Assembly (NCBI GenBank): GCA_004022145.1
Contig: RCNU01000001.1
Reading direction: 5' to 3' (one strand)
Length of the DNA stretch: 64,000 nucleotides
Source: Paecilomyces variotii
Lineage: Eukaryota
Part shown: one piece after another, positions 34,387 through 47,990 of the stretch
Numbering within the stretch: the first letter of the stretch is position 1
Layout of the letters: each line of letters opens with the position of its first letter
The notes under the pieces: model-generated
Told to the model about the DNA's origin: nothing
What the model saw: only the letters and a program-made list of their open reading frames with translations
Database searches by the model: none
Translations under genes and position numbers: made by a program

Positions 34387-34749
34387 TGTTCCTACGCACA
34401 ACAGCCGAATACAGAAAGTTTTGATATCGATGAAGAGCAGAATAATAAATAAATTTGACGCTCAGATTGTTCTTTAAAATAGCCTCATGGCGCAATACGA
34501 CCTTCTTAATACTGCATGGTGCGCGTCACGTGAATATGGCTTTGAAGATAAGAAAGTATTTGATTACTTGCTGATAAAAGAACAGAATATGAAGATTAGA
34601 TTGGTATGCATTTGTTGATATCCTACAATTAATTTGGAGGAACTGGGTTGCTAGTGGGAAATGTCCGCTCTGAGTAAACCGAGTCCTGTTGTGTTTATTT
34701 GGATGGTGTTATAGATGGCTGAATTGACGATTCTGTCACATACTTATTT

Positions 34750-34780
<31 letters not shown>

Positions 34781-34781
34781 C
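34750..34781. repeat. (CTTT)n microsatellite
   Basis: About 7-8 tandem CTTT units. Confidence 0.85.
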
Positions 34782-37124
34782 ATATAGTTGCACATATGAT
34801 AAGTAATACTCCCGATTAAGGAACCCTATGTAAGCTTGATCAACTGTATGTATAACACCCATTATAGATATGGGTATAACCTCTAATCAATCATCAGTTA
34901 TATATACCTTTGCTAGTAGATCTCTCAGCGAAGTTAACATGAACGCAAAACCCCAACAAGACAATACCGTAGAGTATATAAACCTTATTACTGTTAAATG
35001 GGAAAATAATGAGCATGCTGTCTTCAGACAGTAGCGTGGAAACTAGAGTGCAATGAAGCTATAAAAGAGTAGCAGGTGGATCTTCTACTTTGAAATCCTA
35101 TCCTAAAACCCCCCCACAGCCCAAATGCCACACGAACCGTCTCTTCTGTCTTCTTTATAGATGGGCTGTGACTTAAATCACACTCCACTGTCACCAAATC
35201 TATCCCTTCACTCTTCGCCCCATCAGTCATGAAATACTGAACTACTCCTCCGGGTTTGTTGACTCCAATTGACTACAAATTACTAAGTAAGTCGATGCAT
35301 TATACCGTACTAAATCAACCTCAACAGATGAAATAAGGAAGTGGGTCAAGTCTGAACTGCGTGCATTAAGTAGGCGGCGATCTCAAAAGATGAGATACAA
35401 CAGGTGATAGAACGAACGTATTTACTTGTCGTCCGGGATTGATATCCGTCTGTCCTTGCAGAAGTGACTTCTCCCAATATAGGCGATGTGATTGTCCTCT
35501 TCCCATCCCAAGTCCCATATATTGCATCTACGGGTCGTCTGAGTACGCTAAATGGATGTGACCTTCGGTGGTATTCACCTCTCAAGAGGATCCACGTCTG
35601 TTGGCTGTCGCGATCCAAACGGTGTATTTGCCTGAAACTCGACATGCAGGAATAACTGGACACTGATGATTCTCTTATTCGCCATTTATCTGCTGCATAG
35701 CACGGCGCCATTGTGAAATCCTTGACTTCAGAGGTGCAGCCGTATACGAACTCTGCGATCGGGGGTCGGCGAGCGGATTTTCGCGTCTTCGACTTCGTTT
35801 CGCTCGATGTGTTGCTGGGATCAGTCAGTGCTATTCGAGGTCGATTGATGGTTTCTGTGTCTAAGAACCTGAAGGCAAATCTCAATCGCAGTTAGCTGCT
35901 TTGCACTGCTATGTATATCGCGTGATCACGGATTTCCCTCATTTTGTTGTTCTCGGTAAGTTCTATTCCAGGATCGCACACTGCGACTGTTGACGACCTT
36001 GGAAATCTACTCCAACATGAGAAGCTGCAGGAAATGGACCAGTGGTGGGTTCAACACGCTATCTTGCAAGAGCGATTGCTGAGGGCTTCTCAATGAAGGC
36101 GTGGAAAAGCTGATCTCGCGCGAAGCAGTAGCAATCAGGAATTCCAGTGGCAAGGCCTTAATGTTGAAGTGGTTCATTGCATCTGAAAAGTTGCGACGCC
36201 TTTGAGAGCCCTAGACCGGATGAGGATGTCTTATCTCAATGATCGGTCAATTGCTTCTGAGATATTCGAGGGCCAGGCCGGACCGATATTGAGAGCGCAT
36301 ATCACGAAGTCATAATTCATAATAATATTGGCGAAAACATCGGGCCAGCTCCGTCCGCGGCGGTCGATAGGCATGATTACCTACTTATCAAAAAACTACC
36401 TAATTGGATTAGCTACGATGAGCTACACTGATGGATACGTTGAAAGGGTCCACGCGAGTAGTTACTATCTACTGTGCACACGGACGCAGTGGCGAGGAGC
36501 CCTAACCTAGCCACGTTCCGGCCAGGGTAACTGAAGCACACGAGCTTAATTGCTTAACAAGCGCTTGGTTTTTCGGGCAGGAGATTGCGACTTCGCAGTA
36601 TCCCGCACAGATCGGTCATGGTTTTTCTTCAGAATGGGAAGCTCGACGCTGGAGGGCAAAAGGATTCACCTGCCGCATTCCGAAGTGAAAAGCGAACGGG
36701 ATGGGGAGAAAGAGAGATCGCGGGGCGGGAGTTGCGCTATCCCAGGATAGGCGAACGCACCCGGTCGTGCTTATCGTTATCGCTATACGAAAAGACCCTC
36801 CGCAAATCGCAGCTGTTGAGAGGATCAAAATGGCCGAGATGCTCTTCCCTCGTTGACAATAATAATGGAGATAAATACCACAGTCGCGGCCTCTCTGGCG
36901 GTTCCTTCATCATTGCGTATCCGTCGTCACTTCTTTCCCTCTTGTGCACCGGACGCTTCGACTTGGACAGCTATATAACACTGTCCCGGGAGCTGCAAGT
37001 CCATCTCCAATACACACTTCCACAGCTTTTCCAAACCAAAGACACACGTTCGCTTCTATCATCTATCATTTCAATCGATATCTGAGACGACTTTTATTCC
37101 CAACATCCACATTTCGCTGTCACA

Positions 37125-39290
37125 ATGGTCCTCGACCGCCTCCAGCAGTTGACCCTCCAGGTCAACGCCTCCTCTCCTCCCCCGTACCCTCTCGATCCCC
37201 TTTCCACGTCCGAGATCGATACTGCAGTTGCCATCATTCGTGCGGAACATGGCTCTGTCAACTTCAATGCTGTGACTCTGTACGAGCCGCGAAAGGCAGA
37301 GATGCTAGCTTGGTTGGCAGACCCCGAGAAGGCACCACGCCCTCTGCGTGCGGCCGACATCGTGGCCATTGCTCCTGGCGGCAAGATCTACGATGGTGTT
37401 GTAGACCTTGAGAACAAGAAAATCCTGCAATGGAAGCACACTCCCAATGTCCAGCCTCTCATCACGATGGAGGACCTGCAGGAGGTTGAACACATCGTCC
37501 GCCAGGATCCTGCCGTCATCGAGCAGTGTGCCATCATTGGTATCCCCAAGGAGGACATGGACAAGGTGTACTGTGACCGTAAGTAAAACAAGTGGAACCA
37601 AGGGTAAAGTGAGACGCTAATGCTGAACCAGCTTGGACCATCGGATACGACGAGCGCTGGGGCAGCGGCGTCCGTCTGCAGCAAGCACTGATGTATTACC
37701 GGCCTCACCTCGATGACTCCCAGTATACCTACCCGCTGGACTTCTGCCCAATCTACAATTCAGAGACCAAGAAGATCATTCACATCGATGTTCCACCGGT
37801 GAGACGGCCACTCAGCAAGGCTGCTCCAAACAACTATCACCCGGCCGCCATTGAAAAGGAGGGTGGATACCGCACCGACATCAAACCCATCAATATTACC
37901 CAGCCAGAGGGCGTCTCGTTTACGATCAATGGCCGTATTATTGAGTGGCAGAAGTGGAGCATCCACGTTGGCTTCAACTACCGCGAGGGTATCGTTCTGA
38001 ACAACATCACCTTCAATGACAAGGGAAACATCCGTCCCATCTTCTACCGTCTCTCTCTGGCAGAAATGGTGGTCCCGTACGGTAATCCTGAGCATCCTCA
38101 CCAGCGCAAGCATGCCTTCGATCTGGGTGAGTACGGCGGTGGCTACATGACCAACAGTCTATCGCTGGGATGTGACTGCAAGGGCGCCATCCACTACATG
38201 GATGCTGCCTTTGTCAACCGAGCTGGCGCTAGCACCATCTTGAAGAATGCCATTTGTATCCACGAGGAGGATGCTGGTATCCTCTTCAAGCACACTGATT
38301 TCCGCGACGAGTCAATTATTGTCACCCGAGGACGGAAGCTTATAATCTCTCAAATCTTCACCGCCGCCAACTACGAATACTGCGTCTACTGGATCTTCCA
38401 CCAGGACGGCACAGTTCAGCTGGACATCAAGCTTACCGGCATTCTCAACACTTATGCCATGAACCCCGGCGAGGATACTAAGGGCTGGGGAACCGAAGTC
38501 TACCCTGGTGTCAATGCGCACAACCACCAGCACCTGTTCTGCATGCGGATAGACCCTAACATCGACGGCCCCAACAATACCGTTTTCCAGGTGGACGCTG
38601 TCCGGGCCGAGGGCGAAGTTGGCAGCGCCGAGAACAAGTATGGCAACGCCTTCTATGCCAAGAAGACCAAATTCACGACCCCTCGTGAGGCAATGTCCGA
38701 TTATGATGGCAGCACCAGCAGAACCTGGGAGATGGCCAACACGAACAAACTGAATCCCTACAGCAAGAAGCCAGTCACCTACAAGTTGGTGAGCCGTGAG
38801 GTCCCCCCGCTCCTCCCCAAGGAAGGTGGCTTGGCTTGGAAGCGAGCTGGATTCGCTAGACACGCCGTCCATGTTACGAAGTGTAAGTTTTCCTGTAGAA
38901 TGTTTTGTTTCGGAGCTTCAGTTTTGCTGACGATAATGCGCAGACTCCGATGACCAGATCCACCCTGCTGGTCGCCATGTGCCCCAGACCTCCGGTGAAC
39001 CTTCTCAAGGTATCCCAATGTGGATTGAGCAGGCCGGCGAGGATTGCTCCATTGAGAACACCGATATTGTCCTATGGCACACTTTCGGCATCACCCATTT
39101 CCCGACGCCAGAAGATTACCCCATCATGCCTGCAGAGCCGATGACGCTACTGCTCCGGCCTAGGAACTTCTTCGACCGCAACCCAGTCCTGGACGTGCCT
39201 CCCAGCTATAGCCGCACTCCTACCCAGATCGCCTCGGGCCAAGGCGACTGCTCCTGCAAGAAGGGTGACGGAACCAGTGTGCTGGTCTAA
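37125..39290 (+). CDS. Copper-containing amine oxidase (TPQ)
   Basis: TPQ consensus TAANYEY, Cu ligands HNHQH and HTFGITHFP. Introns 37579-37631 and 38883-38943. A TATA at about 36972 and several GATA motifs lie upstream. Confidence 0.95.
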
Positions 39291-40028
39291 GTTCAGACCA
39301 TGACATTCCTTTGAAATTGTATGATGATATGATCTCAATCGCGCAAGAGTCGCATACATTGCATGTTGGTCCTCTGTAAGGGCCTCACTTTCTTTTGTTC
39401 GGCAGATTGATTATTACGGTTGGCATGATCACGTTTTAGGATTAGTTCTTGATGTATATATATATTCTTCTTAAGGCGTCTCTGGGAAATTCCTTTATCA
39501 GAATGCATAAACTTGATTCAAAGCACGTCATCTCTGTGGATTACAATAGAGAATAAGCCTCTGCTCAGTAGAGGGGACTTCGAGAATGGTGATCAACATG
39601 TGATGGTTAAGGAAACGACAGTGCTAGGAGAAGTTGTTGCACCCTTGCTAAAGACGATGTCTTCACTGCTCGTTGCCGTATATTGACCACCTACTACTAC
39701 CCCATAGGCCCCAACACGGAATAGTCACGCGATGTACCGACTGATTAACTCTCCACACAAGCCGGACTTCTACATGGTAGACTCGTGCTATTTGTATGTC
39801 AACCCACCTGACGCTACTAAGGTTTACAGCCTGCAGTGGTGTGAATCTACATGGATGAGGAGGCGACGTGCATTTTGGTTCTCCACAAAGTCTTCTGCAA
39901 CTTTTCCGATAACTTATTTTCTACGCCCCCCAAAAAATATGGATCTTCTCCAGTGAAAGGAAAGATTTTGGCTGAGAAGCACAGGGAGAAAAAAATGATA
40001 CCCGACTTATTTGGTCGGATTGTTGCAA

Positions 40029-40100
40029 CTCCGATAGGGGGAATCGAACCCCCGGCTGCTGTGTGAGAGACAGCGATGTTAGCCACTACACCATATCGGA
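40029..40100 (-). tRNA. tRNA-Glu (CTC)
   Basis: TCCGATA acceptor stem pairs with TATCGGA. Anticodon arm is GCTGT-CT CTC AC-ACAGC and the T-loop is GGTTCGATTCC. No intron. Confidence 0.96.
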
Positions 40101-40541
40101 TGATGATGACATCAGTTTCGGTTTAGCGCTCTTTGTTGCTGTTCTTCCTCTTGTGTTTCCCTCTAGATAGTACTTATTATTAGCGCTTCAATCCTCCTTC
40201 CTGACCATCTCCCTGCTCGTGAAGAATTCTTGCTATTCGTATGGATTGCAGAGCTGTACACACTCCTTGTCTAATCTAATCCTCGATGAGAATTAACACC
40301 CAATGTCTTCATTACCTCGCACCCTGAAGAGGGTGCTGTAAGCATTAGAAATGCTTTTCTTCTGATTAGGAATCCCATCGCTAGTCCCTATCATAACTAC
40401 GAAGTATTTTCGGTATGAGCACATAGTAAAAGCTGTCGTACGAATACTCTGTGTACGGGAATCGTTATTCCGATGCCTTATATACAGCTGACGGATCACT
40501 AATTCATCAACAGTATCCGATAATCGACAATCAGTAGCAAC

Positions 40542-42098
40542 ATGAATCTACGAGTGGGGTTGACCAAACCTCCGCGTCCTGTTATCGCGATTGCGGGGTT
40601 GGCATGCGAAACCTCAACTTTCACACCGTCACGCACGCTTGCTCCGGCATTTAATCCAAAGCGCGGGAAGGAGATAATTGACAAATATGCATTCATCCAG
40701 CCTGGAACAGTCCTCGCTGAAGCCGCTGATTGGCATGGTGCCCTCATCGGCCACGCGCTACCCGGCGGAATCGTGACGAGGGCTGCTTTTGAGGAACTCG
40801 CAGAGGAGATTATTGCTCGCCTTAAGAATATTCTGACCTCAGTTCCAGTATTACATGGTTTGTGGTTCGATATCCACGGTGCCATGTGCGTCGAGGGACT
40901 CGACGATGCCGAGGCTGAGCTTCTTCGTCGCATCCGGGCTGTTATCGGGGGCGACGTGATCGTTTCCGCATCAATGGACCTGCATGGCAATGTTTCTCGA
41001 GAGTTGGCTCATCAGACTGATCTGATTACATGCTATCGAATGGCACCTCATGAGGATGCGAGAGAGACCAAAAGGCGCGCTTGTAGTAATTTGGTTGAGC
41101 TATTGCAACAAGTATGGGAAGGAGGACCTTCCCGACCGATTAAAGCGTGGGTTCCCATCCCAATTCTACTGCCAGGAGAGCAGACTTCTACACGAGTCGA
41201 GCCTGCAAAACATATATATGGTACTATCCCTAGCGTTGAGGACAGAGAGGGAATCATTGATGCTGCAATATGGGTTGGTTACCCCTGGGCAGATGAGCCA
41301 CGAAACCGTGCATCTGTCGTTGTAACAGGATGGGACAAAGACACGGTGGTAACCGGTGCTCAAGAGCTAGCCCATCTATTCTGGGATTCGCACACAGATT
41401 TCAGATTTGTTGGGCCTGCCGGGTCATTCACAGAATGTCTAGACAAAGCCATGGCCTCATCTGCCAGACCCTTTTTCATATCAGATTCGGGGGACAACCC
41501 GACGGCCGGAGGTTCAGGGGACATGACCTGGGGGCTTATCAGACTGCTTGAACGACCAGAATTCAAGAACCCTTCAGGACCCACTGTCATATATGCGAGC
41601 GTCCCAGGACCGAGAGCTGTTCAGACTGCTGTGGAGGCAGGAATCGACGCCATCGTCACTGTAACTGCAGGTGCAGAGGTGGACAATATCCACTCGGGAC
41701 CGGTCACCCTTACTGGTCGAGTGCATTATATCAAGCACGGTGATAGAGATGCAGTGACAGAGGTGGTGATTCAAGTGGGCAGTATATTTGCAATCCTGAC
41801 CAAGCTCCGTAAACCGTATCATTACGAGCATGATTTCACAGACCTCAACCTCCAACCCAGATCGGCCGATATAGTGATTGTGAAGATAGGCTACCTCGAA
41901 CCAGAGCTGTATGATATGGCAGCGGACTGGATGCTTGGGCTGACTCCAGGTGGAGTAGATCAAGATCTGGTACGACTGGGGCATTGTCGAATTCGCCGCC
42001 CGATGTGGCCGTTTGATAAACACTTTGCACAACAGCCGAATCTAAGTGCACGAATCATCCCTATGTCTAATGAGCCATTAACTGGACCAGATGATTAA
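40542..42098 (+). CDS. MlrC-family (M81) metallopeptidase-like protein
   Basis: Motifs ETSTF, DIHGAM, MDLHGN, YRMAPHED, DSGDNPTAGGSGD and RIRRPMWPFD. Intronless 518-aa ORF. Confidence 0.88.
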   Translation: MNLRVGLTKPPRPVIAIAGLACETSTFTPSRTLAPAFNPKRGKEIIDKYAFIQPGTVLAEAADWHGALIGHALPGGIVTRAAFEELAEEIIARLKNILTSVPVLHGLWFDIHGAMCVEGLDDAEAELLRRIRAVIGGDVIVSASMDLHGNVSRELAHQTDLITCYRMAPHEDARETKRRACSNLVELLQQVWEGGPSRPIKAWVPIPILLPGEQTSTRVEPAKHIYGTIPSVEDREGIIDAAIWVGYPWADEPRNRASVVVTGWDKDTVVTGAQELAHLFWDSHTDFRFVGPAGSFTECLDKAMASSARPFFISDSGDNPTAGGSGDMTWGLIRLLERPEFKNPSGPTVIYASVPGPRAVQTAVEAGIDAIVTVTAGAEVDNIHSGPVTLTGRVHYIKHGDRDAVTEVVIQVGSIFAILTKLRKPYHYEHDFTDLNLQPRSADIVIVKIGYLEPELYDMAADWMLGLTPGGVDQDLVRLGHCRIRRPMWPFDKHFAQQPNLSARIIPMSNEPLTGPDD

Positions 42099-42234
42099 TC
42101 TTTTGTTTACGGGCAATTCTGGAATGATATACTGTTGTGGCTTTTCTAACAGACAAGGAGAATGATTGAGATTAAACTAAACTACCATATTGTGATGCAT
42201 ACCTGCAATAACCCCAACTCACTATCACTCCACG

Positions 42235-43186
42235 TTAATCCGCCAAATCCGTATTGATAGCAATAATATCATCATCACAAACGGACTCTTTGCCGCTCTT
42301 TGAGAGTGCTTCTGCCATGGCTGCCTGGAGCTTCTCTGCAAATCTCGCCTCACATGGTACATCATAATCCAATTCACGACCACAGCTGACCATACTAATG
42401 AACGCCCTCTTGGCCGCCTTTGCTGCCGTCAAGTCTCTGCTATGACTGAGTTTTTTTTAGGCGCTCTCTCCAGAAAAGCCATCTTTTCAGGCTAAAGCCT
42501 CGCTGGGAGATATTCGCTCTCCGTGCTAGCTCCCCGGGAGTTGCCAGGTGAACTTTGAACTGCTCCCCATAGAATCTGTTTTGAACTGAGAAGGCGAGAA
42601 GCATGTGGCGAGAATCATCGATCCAAACCGCAGCTGCAGGAAGCAGTGCGATTGTCTTCGCCTCTTCATCTGTCTCGAGAGCTTCGCGCAGATACCGGAG
42701 TGCTGTTAGAGAAATTTCATCTCGACAGATGCCCGCTGACAGGACCTTAGCTGAAAAGGAAGCAAGGTTGCACTGCTGCGAGGTAGTGCCAGTATTGATG
42801 ACCTCTTCCCATGTAGCTTGCAAGCTCTCGCCAAAACGGTATAAGTCCCAGGCGCAGGCGACAGTCTCTGTACAATGGATGCTTCTATGAAGCGAGTCAA
42901 ACTCCTTCGTCCACAGAAGTAATGAAAGAAGCTTTTCTTGAAAAGGGTGTCCCTCTTCAAGTATCTTTGCTGTTTCCAGAAACATACTCCACAGTACACA
43001 CAATTGTTGTTGGATCTCTTCGGACTCTGGCGAAGGTCTGGGGGAGATATCATTGGTAAAGTGAAAGCTGAAACTGTTGATGGAAACTAATACATCCACC
43101 TTGTCTACTTCGCTGTAGATATTGCGGAGCCCTGCATTGAATGCCTCTAGAACCTCCTGTCTGAACCGTTCATCTTGGTCTGTCAT
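42235..43186 (-). pseudogene. DUF3632-like protein interrupted by a 1-nt frameshift
   Basis: Motifs NLASFSAK, ALRYLREALE, AAAVWI and GFSLKRWLFWRERL. The A8 run at 42451-42458 breaks the frame, and removing one A joins it to ORF 42235-42432. Confidence 0.65.
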
Positions 43187-44174
43187 TATTTAGACGTAGA
43201 TGATGGCTATCACTAAGATAAGGTTAGGTTACTGCCTCAATCGCTTCCAACAATGACTGTGTTTTCTGGACCTGGATTAGTTTAAATATTGACAGAAATC
43301 AGATAGAAGCTGCTTTTTAGGCACTATTTTAGGCAGCAGGAGCTTCTAGGCACACAAGTTCATGCATGAGCGGTAATGTGTACGAGTCGAACTACTTAAT
43401 GAAATCTGCCACCGGGTTAACCTAAGATTCTTGAAATTTATAATCATCTCAATACTCTATAGGAGGCAGAGAATCAATAAATACCATGAATGATTGACAT
43501 TTATCATGCCTATTCGGCCGGTAATGAGATCCTTGCATCAGACACGAGGATCTAAGTAGGTAAGCGAAGTGTGACAGGTGATCGACCTATCTTTCCGTGT
43601 AACATTGGCACTATGCACCATCTTCATTCAGAGTCCTAACGCCGCATTAGCAGTTCATGGGGCTTATCTAGATAGACACATGAGCGCGAGGATAAGCTGA
43701 TCTCCGGGAGTTCTCCGAGGGTTCAAGGAGGATATTTATCTTCCGGGGGGGAACATTCCATAACATATAATCCGGGTCAAGGACATAGCAACTCGTAATA
43801 TAATACATACTAATGTTTTTCAGAGATTACCGATGTCGTGTACTTCATTGTTTTCTGCAATTTCAGCAGCACAAAGATAGACCCCTCATGAGCACGTGAT
43901 GTACTGTACGACGGAAGTCAATTCCAGCGCTGTCGCGTCCTCACGAAGTTTGTACTGTAGCCTTCGAAATAATCCCTCTCCCATAACAAGCAATCAGTTT
44001 CATACCACCCCACCAACGAATGGTCCCTTAAGTTGCATTGGACGAGTTATTGATACATTTGCTTCGTATGGCTATTTTGGGCGGGTTCTAGTCGACTCGA
44101 CCGATCTTATCCGCCTTTCTATCTATTACCCAGATCAGTAGAGAGCTGCCTTCGGCCCTCTTTGCTATCATAAT

Positions 44175-45995
44175 ATGACTTCCTCAACTTCTGCCAGTGA
44201 GAAACATGGTAGAACCGCAGATGAAACCACGCCTCTTCTTTCATCATCAGGAGAGGCTTCAGCCACCAATGACACGGAATCTGCTTCAAGCGCATCCAAT
44301 GCAGATGACGATGACAAGCCATTGCCAGTCGGCCAAATCGTACTTCTCTGCTATGTTCGCCTTCTAGAACCGTTTACTTTCTTCTCGATATTTCCATTCG
44401 TCAATCAGATGATAATGGAGACTGGAACCGTCAAGGAGGCTGATGTTGGCTTTTACAGCGGGTTGATAGTAAGTGATAACTACAGCAGTTCTTTGACAGT
44501 AGATGCATTCGCTGATAAGAGCTAGGAATCTCTGTTTTCTTTTACCCAGATGCTCTTGATGATTCCGTGGGGTAGAGCAGCAGACCGTTTTGGTCGTAAA
44601 CCAGTGCTCGTGTTCTCCCTTGCGGGGTTGTCTATCTCCGCAGCGATGTTCGGTCTCAGCAAGACAATTTGGCAGATGGTTCTCGCTAGATGTGCGGCTG
44701 GGATTTTCTCAGGGACTATTGTGTAAGTAAACACGTATACATGTTAGGAGTGCAAAGTCATTAAACAATCTATAGGGCTGTCCGCGCAATGATCTCTGAG
44801 AACAGCACACCGAAAACCCAAGCTAGGGCATTCAGCTATTTCGCATTTGCTAACAATTTAGGCATCTTTCTTGGGCCTCTGATAGGTATGTGCGCTTTAC
44901 TATCTTCTATAATAGTGATAATCTCTAACTCTTCAAAAGGAGGCGCACTTGTCCATCCAGAAAAGCAGTACCCATCGGTGTTTGGCGGGATCAAATTTTT
45001 CGAGGACAACCCATATGCGCTGCCAACGTTTGTCACTGGCGTAATTGGAGTCAGTGCATTCTTAGTTTCAATTTTCTTCATTAAAGAGGTATATTATTCC
45101 CAGCAAGAGAAACGTTTCAATCCGCTCACGTCGCTATAGACTCTTCATTTGAAAGGCGATCCTCAAACTGCAGAAGCAGAGCAGAAGTCCATCATAGAAC
45201 TCCTTAAATGGCCTGGAGTGGCGATGGTGCTTTATGTCTATTTCCACGTCTTGTTCATGGGCCTGGGATACACAGCCAGTATGTTTCACCGAACCCTATA
45301 TACTCATAGGGTACGATTAATTAACCACTTCACCAGTTCTGCCTGTATTCTACTTCACCAGTCCCAAACTGGGAGGCTTCGGCTTCCAGCCCTCTCAGAT
45401 ATCGCTCTTCATGGCACTGGCAGGTTTTTCGCAGTCGCTTTGGATCCTAGTCATTTTCCCTCCCCTCCACCGCAGGCTCGGAACGGGAAATCTCTTGCGT
45501 ATCTGCACCGTTGCTTTCGCCTTCTTCTTTGCAATAAACCCTCTCTGCAATATGCTCCTTCGCTGGGGATTCATCACCGCATTTTGGGTCGTGGCAATCA
45601 CATCTCTCAGTATCGGTAGCGGCGTCGCTATGATATACAGTAAGCCACACCTACCGCAGAATCCGACTCCCCTGATCCGTCGCATAAATACTAATCAACC
45701 CTCTGAAGCTTGCATCCAACTCGCAGTGAACGACATCTCACCCTCTCACACAACACTCGGTACCTTGAACGCAGTGGCTCTAGCATTAGGAAGTGGTATT
45801 CGAGCCGTTGCGCCAGCGCTCTTCTCAAGCCTCTTTGCTACTGGTGTTCGAAAGCAGATTCTCGCTGGGTACCTGCCTTGGTTGATTCTGATTATCCTTG
45901 CTTTGTTACTTGCTTTTATCATGCGATGGTTTCCGGAGAAGGCGGATAAGAGAGTTGAACCGGTGGCTGATCAAGAGGAAGGGGAAGTGATATAG
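44175..45995 (+). CDS. Major facilitator superfamily transporter
   Basis: Motif A is WGRAADRFGRKPVL. Also DVGFYSGLI and NNLGIFLGPLIGG, with multiple TM segments. About 6 introns. Confidence 0.9.
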
Positions 45996-46434
45996 ATATT
46001 GGTCTGACAATGTAGAATGTCGTCGATGATAGTCGGGTTCTGAGTATATACTGTTTGATAATAACCCATTTTTATAAGATTGGATTGTTTCACTGAGACT
46101 CTGATATTTCCACACCGCGATCAAATAGAGGATCATATACTGCCGGACAAAAGATTATAATATAGTATATTATTCCTTCTATGCCCCTAAAACGCCCTGC
46201 GAGGAAGAGAACAATACAGCATAAGAGACCCCATCATTCGAGACCCCCTTCTTCTTGCCGATCTCAATAATCGACGCTCAAGCAAGTCGTGATAATAATC
46301 AAAGATAACAACGGGTATGCTAGCAGTAACGAACAACAATCCCATAATGCAAACAGACATAGAAAGAAAGGCAGAAGGCACATTCCCCCAACGATTAAAA
46401 AAAAAGAAAACCCCTACAATCGAATTTTAATCTC

Positions 46435-47079
46435 TCACGCCACCCTCTTCAAAGCATCATCAATATCAACCATCAGCGCAACCAACTCTTTCCCACTCTC
46501 TCCATTCTTCCCTTCAATCTCCAACGCCCGTTCCACCCACTCCTTCGCCTCTTCCCATCTCCCCATCTCACTTAAACATTTCCCACCGCGCCACCAACCC
46601 TTCGCATTCGCAATGGGCTTACACTCCACGCTTGACTTCGCATCCACCCATCCCTCAGGCCACTTCTGCTCCGCCATATGCGCCTGCGCACGATTCGCAA
46701 ACAGACCCGACAACTCGTCCCGGACGAGCGACACAGGCTCCCAGCCCGGTCGACCCATGGCCATGTCGATCGAGAGGCTGTACAGCTTGATGGCTTCGCC
46801 GTAGTTTCCCTTACGGTAGGCTGTGTTGGCGGTATCGCGAAGCTTGGTGATCTGGGCGCTGCGCTTCGGGTTGATGGGGAGAGGGGGCGGAGGGATGTTC
46901 GGAGGGTCGAGAGAGATGAGAGAGCGGTGGAGTGTATTTAGAGATTGGAGCTCTTCTTGGAGGGATTTCGTTTGTGATGGCGTTTGGCCGGACGTTGTGG
47001 CGAGGGAGATGGCTTTACTGGATGGGTCCATTTGGAGAGGGTATTGGGTGAAGGAGTCGAGGGCGTCGATGGCGGCCAT
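46435..47079 (-). CDS. SEC72: Translocation protein Sec72 (TPR)
   Basis: Motifs PPPPLPINPKRSAQITKLRDTAN, DMAMGRPGWEP and LFANRAQAHM..KGWWRGGKCL. ATG at 47079. Confidence 0.88.
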   Translation of the reverse strand: MAAIDALDSFTQYPLQMDPSSKAISLATTSGQTPSQTKSLQEELQSLNTLHRSLISLDPPNIPPPPLPINPKRSAQITKLRDTANTAYRKGNYGEAIKLYSLSIDMAMGRPGWEPVSLVRDELSGLFANRAQAHMAEQKWPEGWVDAKSSVECKPIANAKGWWRGGKCLSEMGRWEEAKEWVERALEIEGKNGESGKELVALMVDIDDALKRVA

Positions 47080-47990
47080 GGTTGTTGTTGTTGTGGTTTG
47101 GCCTTTTTTTTTGGCTATTTTAGATAAATTGTAGTTCTGAGTTTCTTTTGATGTGATTCTTCTAGGCGTTTTTGTTTCTGATTGCAGAATGGAGTCAGTA
47201 CCGAGGTCATTCAAGCTAGGAGATGGGAGCAAGGAGATCCAACTTAAAACCTACCAACTGATATTCTCACGTTGCGGACCCCTGACCTCTATGCTCTTGT
47301 AGCCTTTTCGTCCCGGATCGAACAGAGGAGAACAGGTTTGTTTAACTTGAGATAAGAGGACTGTTTTGGGCCAGTGAATTATTGACGAGCTGCGACCAGT
47401 TGTCCAGAAGCATTGGAAACCCGGAGGCGGTGTGGATGTATTTTGCCGGCAGATGACAGACTCGATTTCATGCGGCGGTGAAGTCGATCAACGCTCGATC
47501 CATCATATAAATTACATAAATTACTGTACTCGTATGTCGGTTAATGCATGCTCATGGAATAATCAACAGTGTCCGTTTAGACGATGTCATGGAAAGCTAA
47601 ATAATGCAAAATTGCTATTAAATGCTTATTCGGATCGGGCGTCACTTCACTAACGTAGCCACATCATCCCTCAGTTAAGTCAGTCGGTACATGGGTATGA
47701 GATACGACTGCACACAAGATAATCAAACACGAAGCATGGACCATGACCCAGCCTGAAACTGGCGTACTGCTTTAAAGATACAGAATTGACCACTTTTCGA
47801 GCGCAAAACACAAGCTGATATGAGAACATGCAAGAACAAATATGACACTGGACCGTTGTACATACACCGCCGTAGTTTGATCACAGGTAAACAAGGAGAT
47901 ATAGAGAGAAACCAGAAAAGGAGATACTAGTTGAAAACATCGCTTCATAGTCGTCTGGGAAACGGACATCTCGCCATGTCGAAGGAGACA

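Noticed and set aside
35024-35885. Minus-strand ORFs of 179 aa and 68 aa as genes
   Set aside because: No recognisable family or credible start. They may be decayed remnants but cannot be supported without BLASTX.
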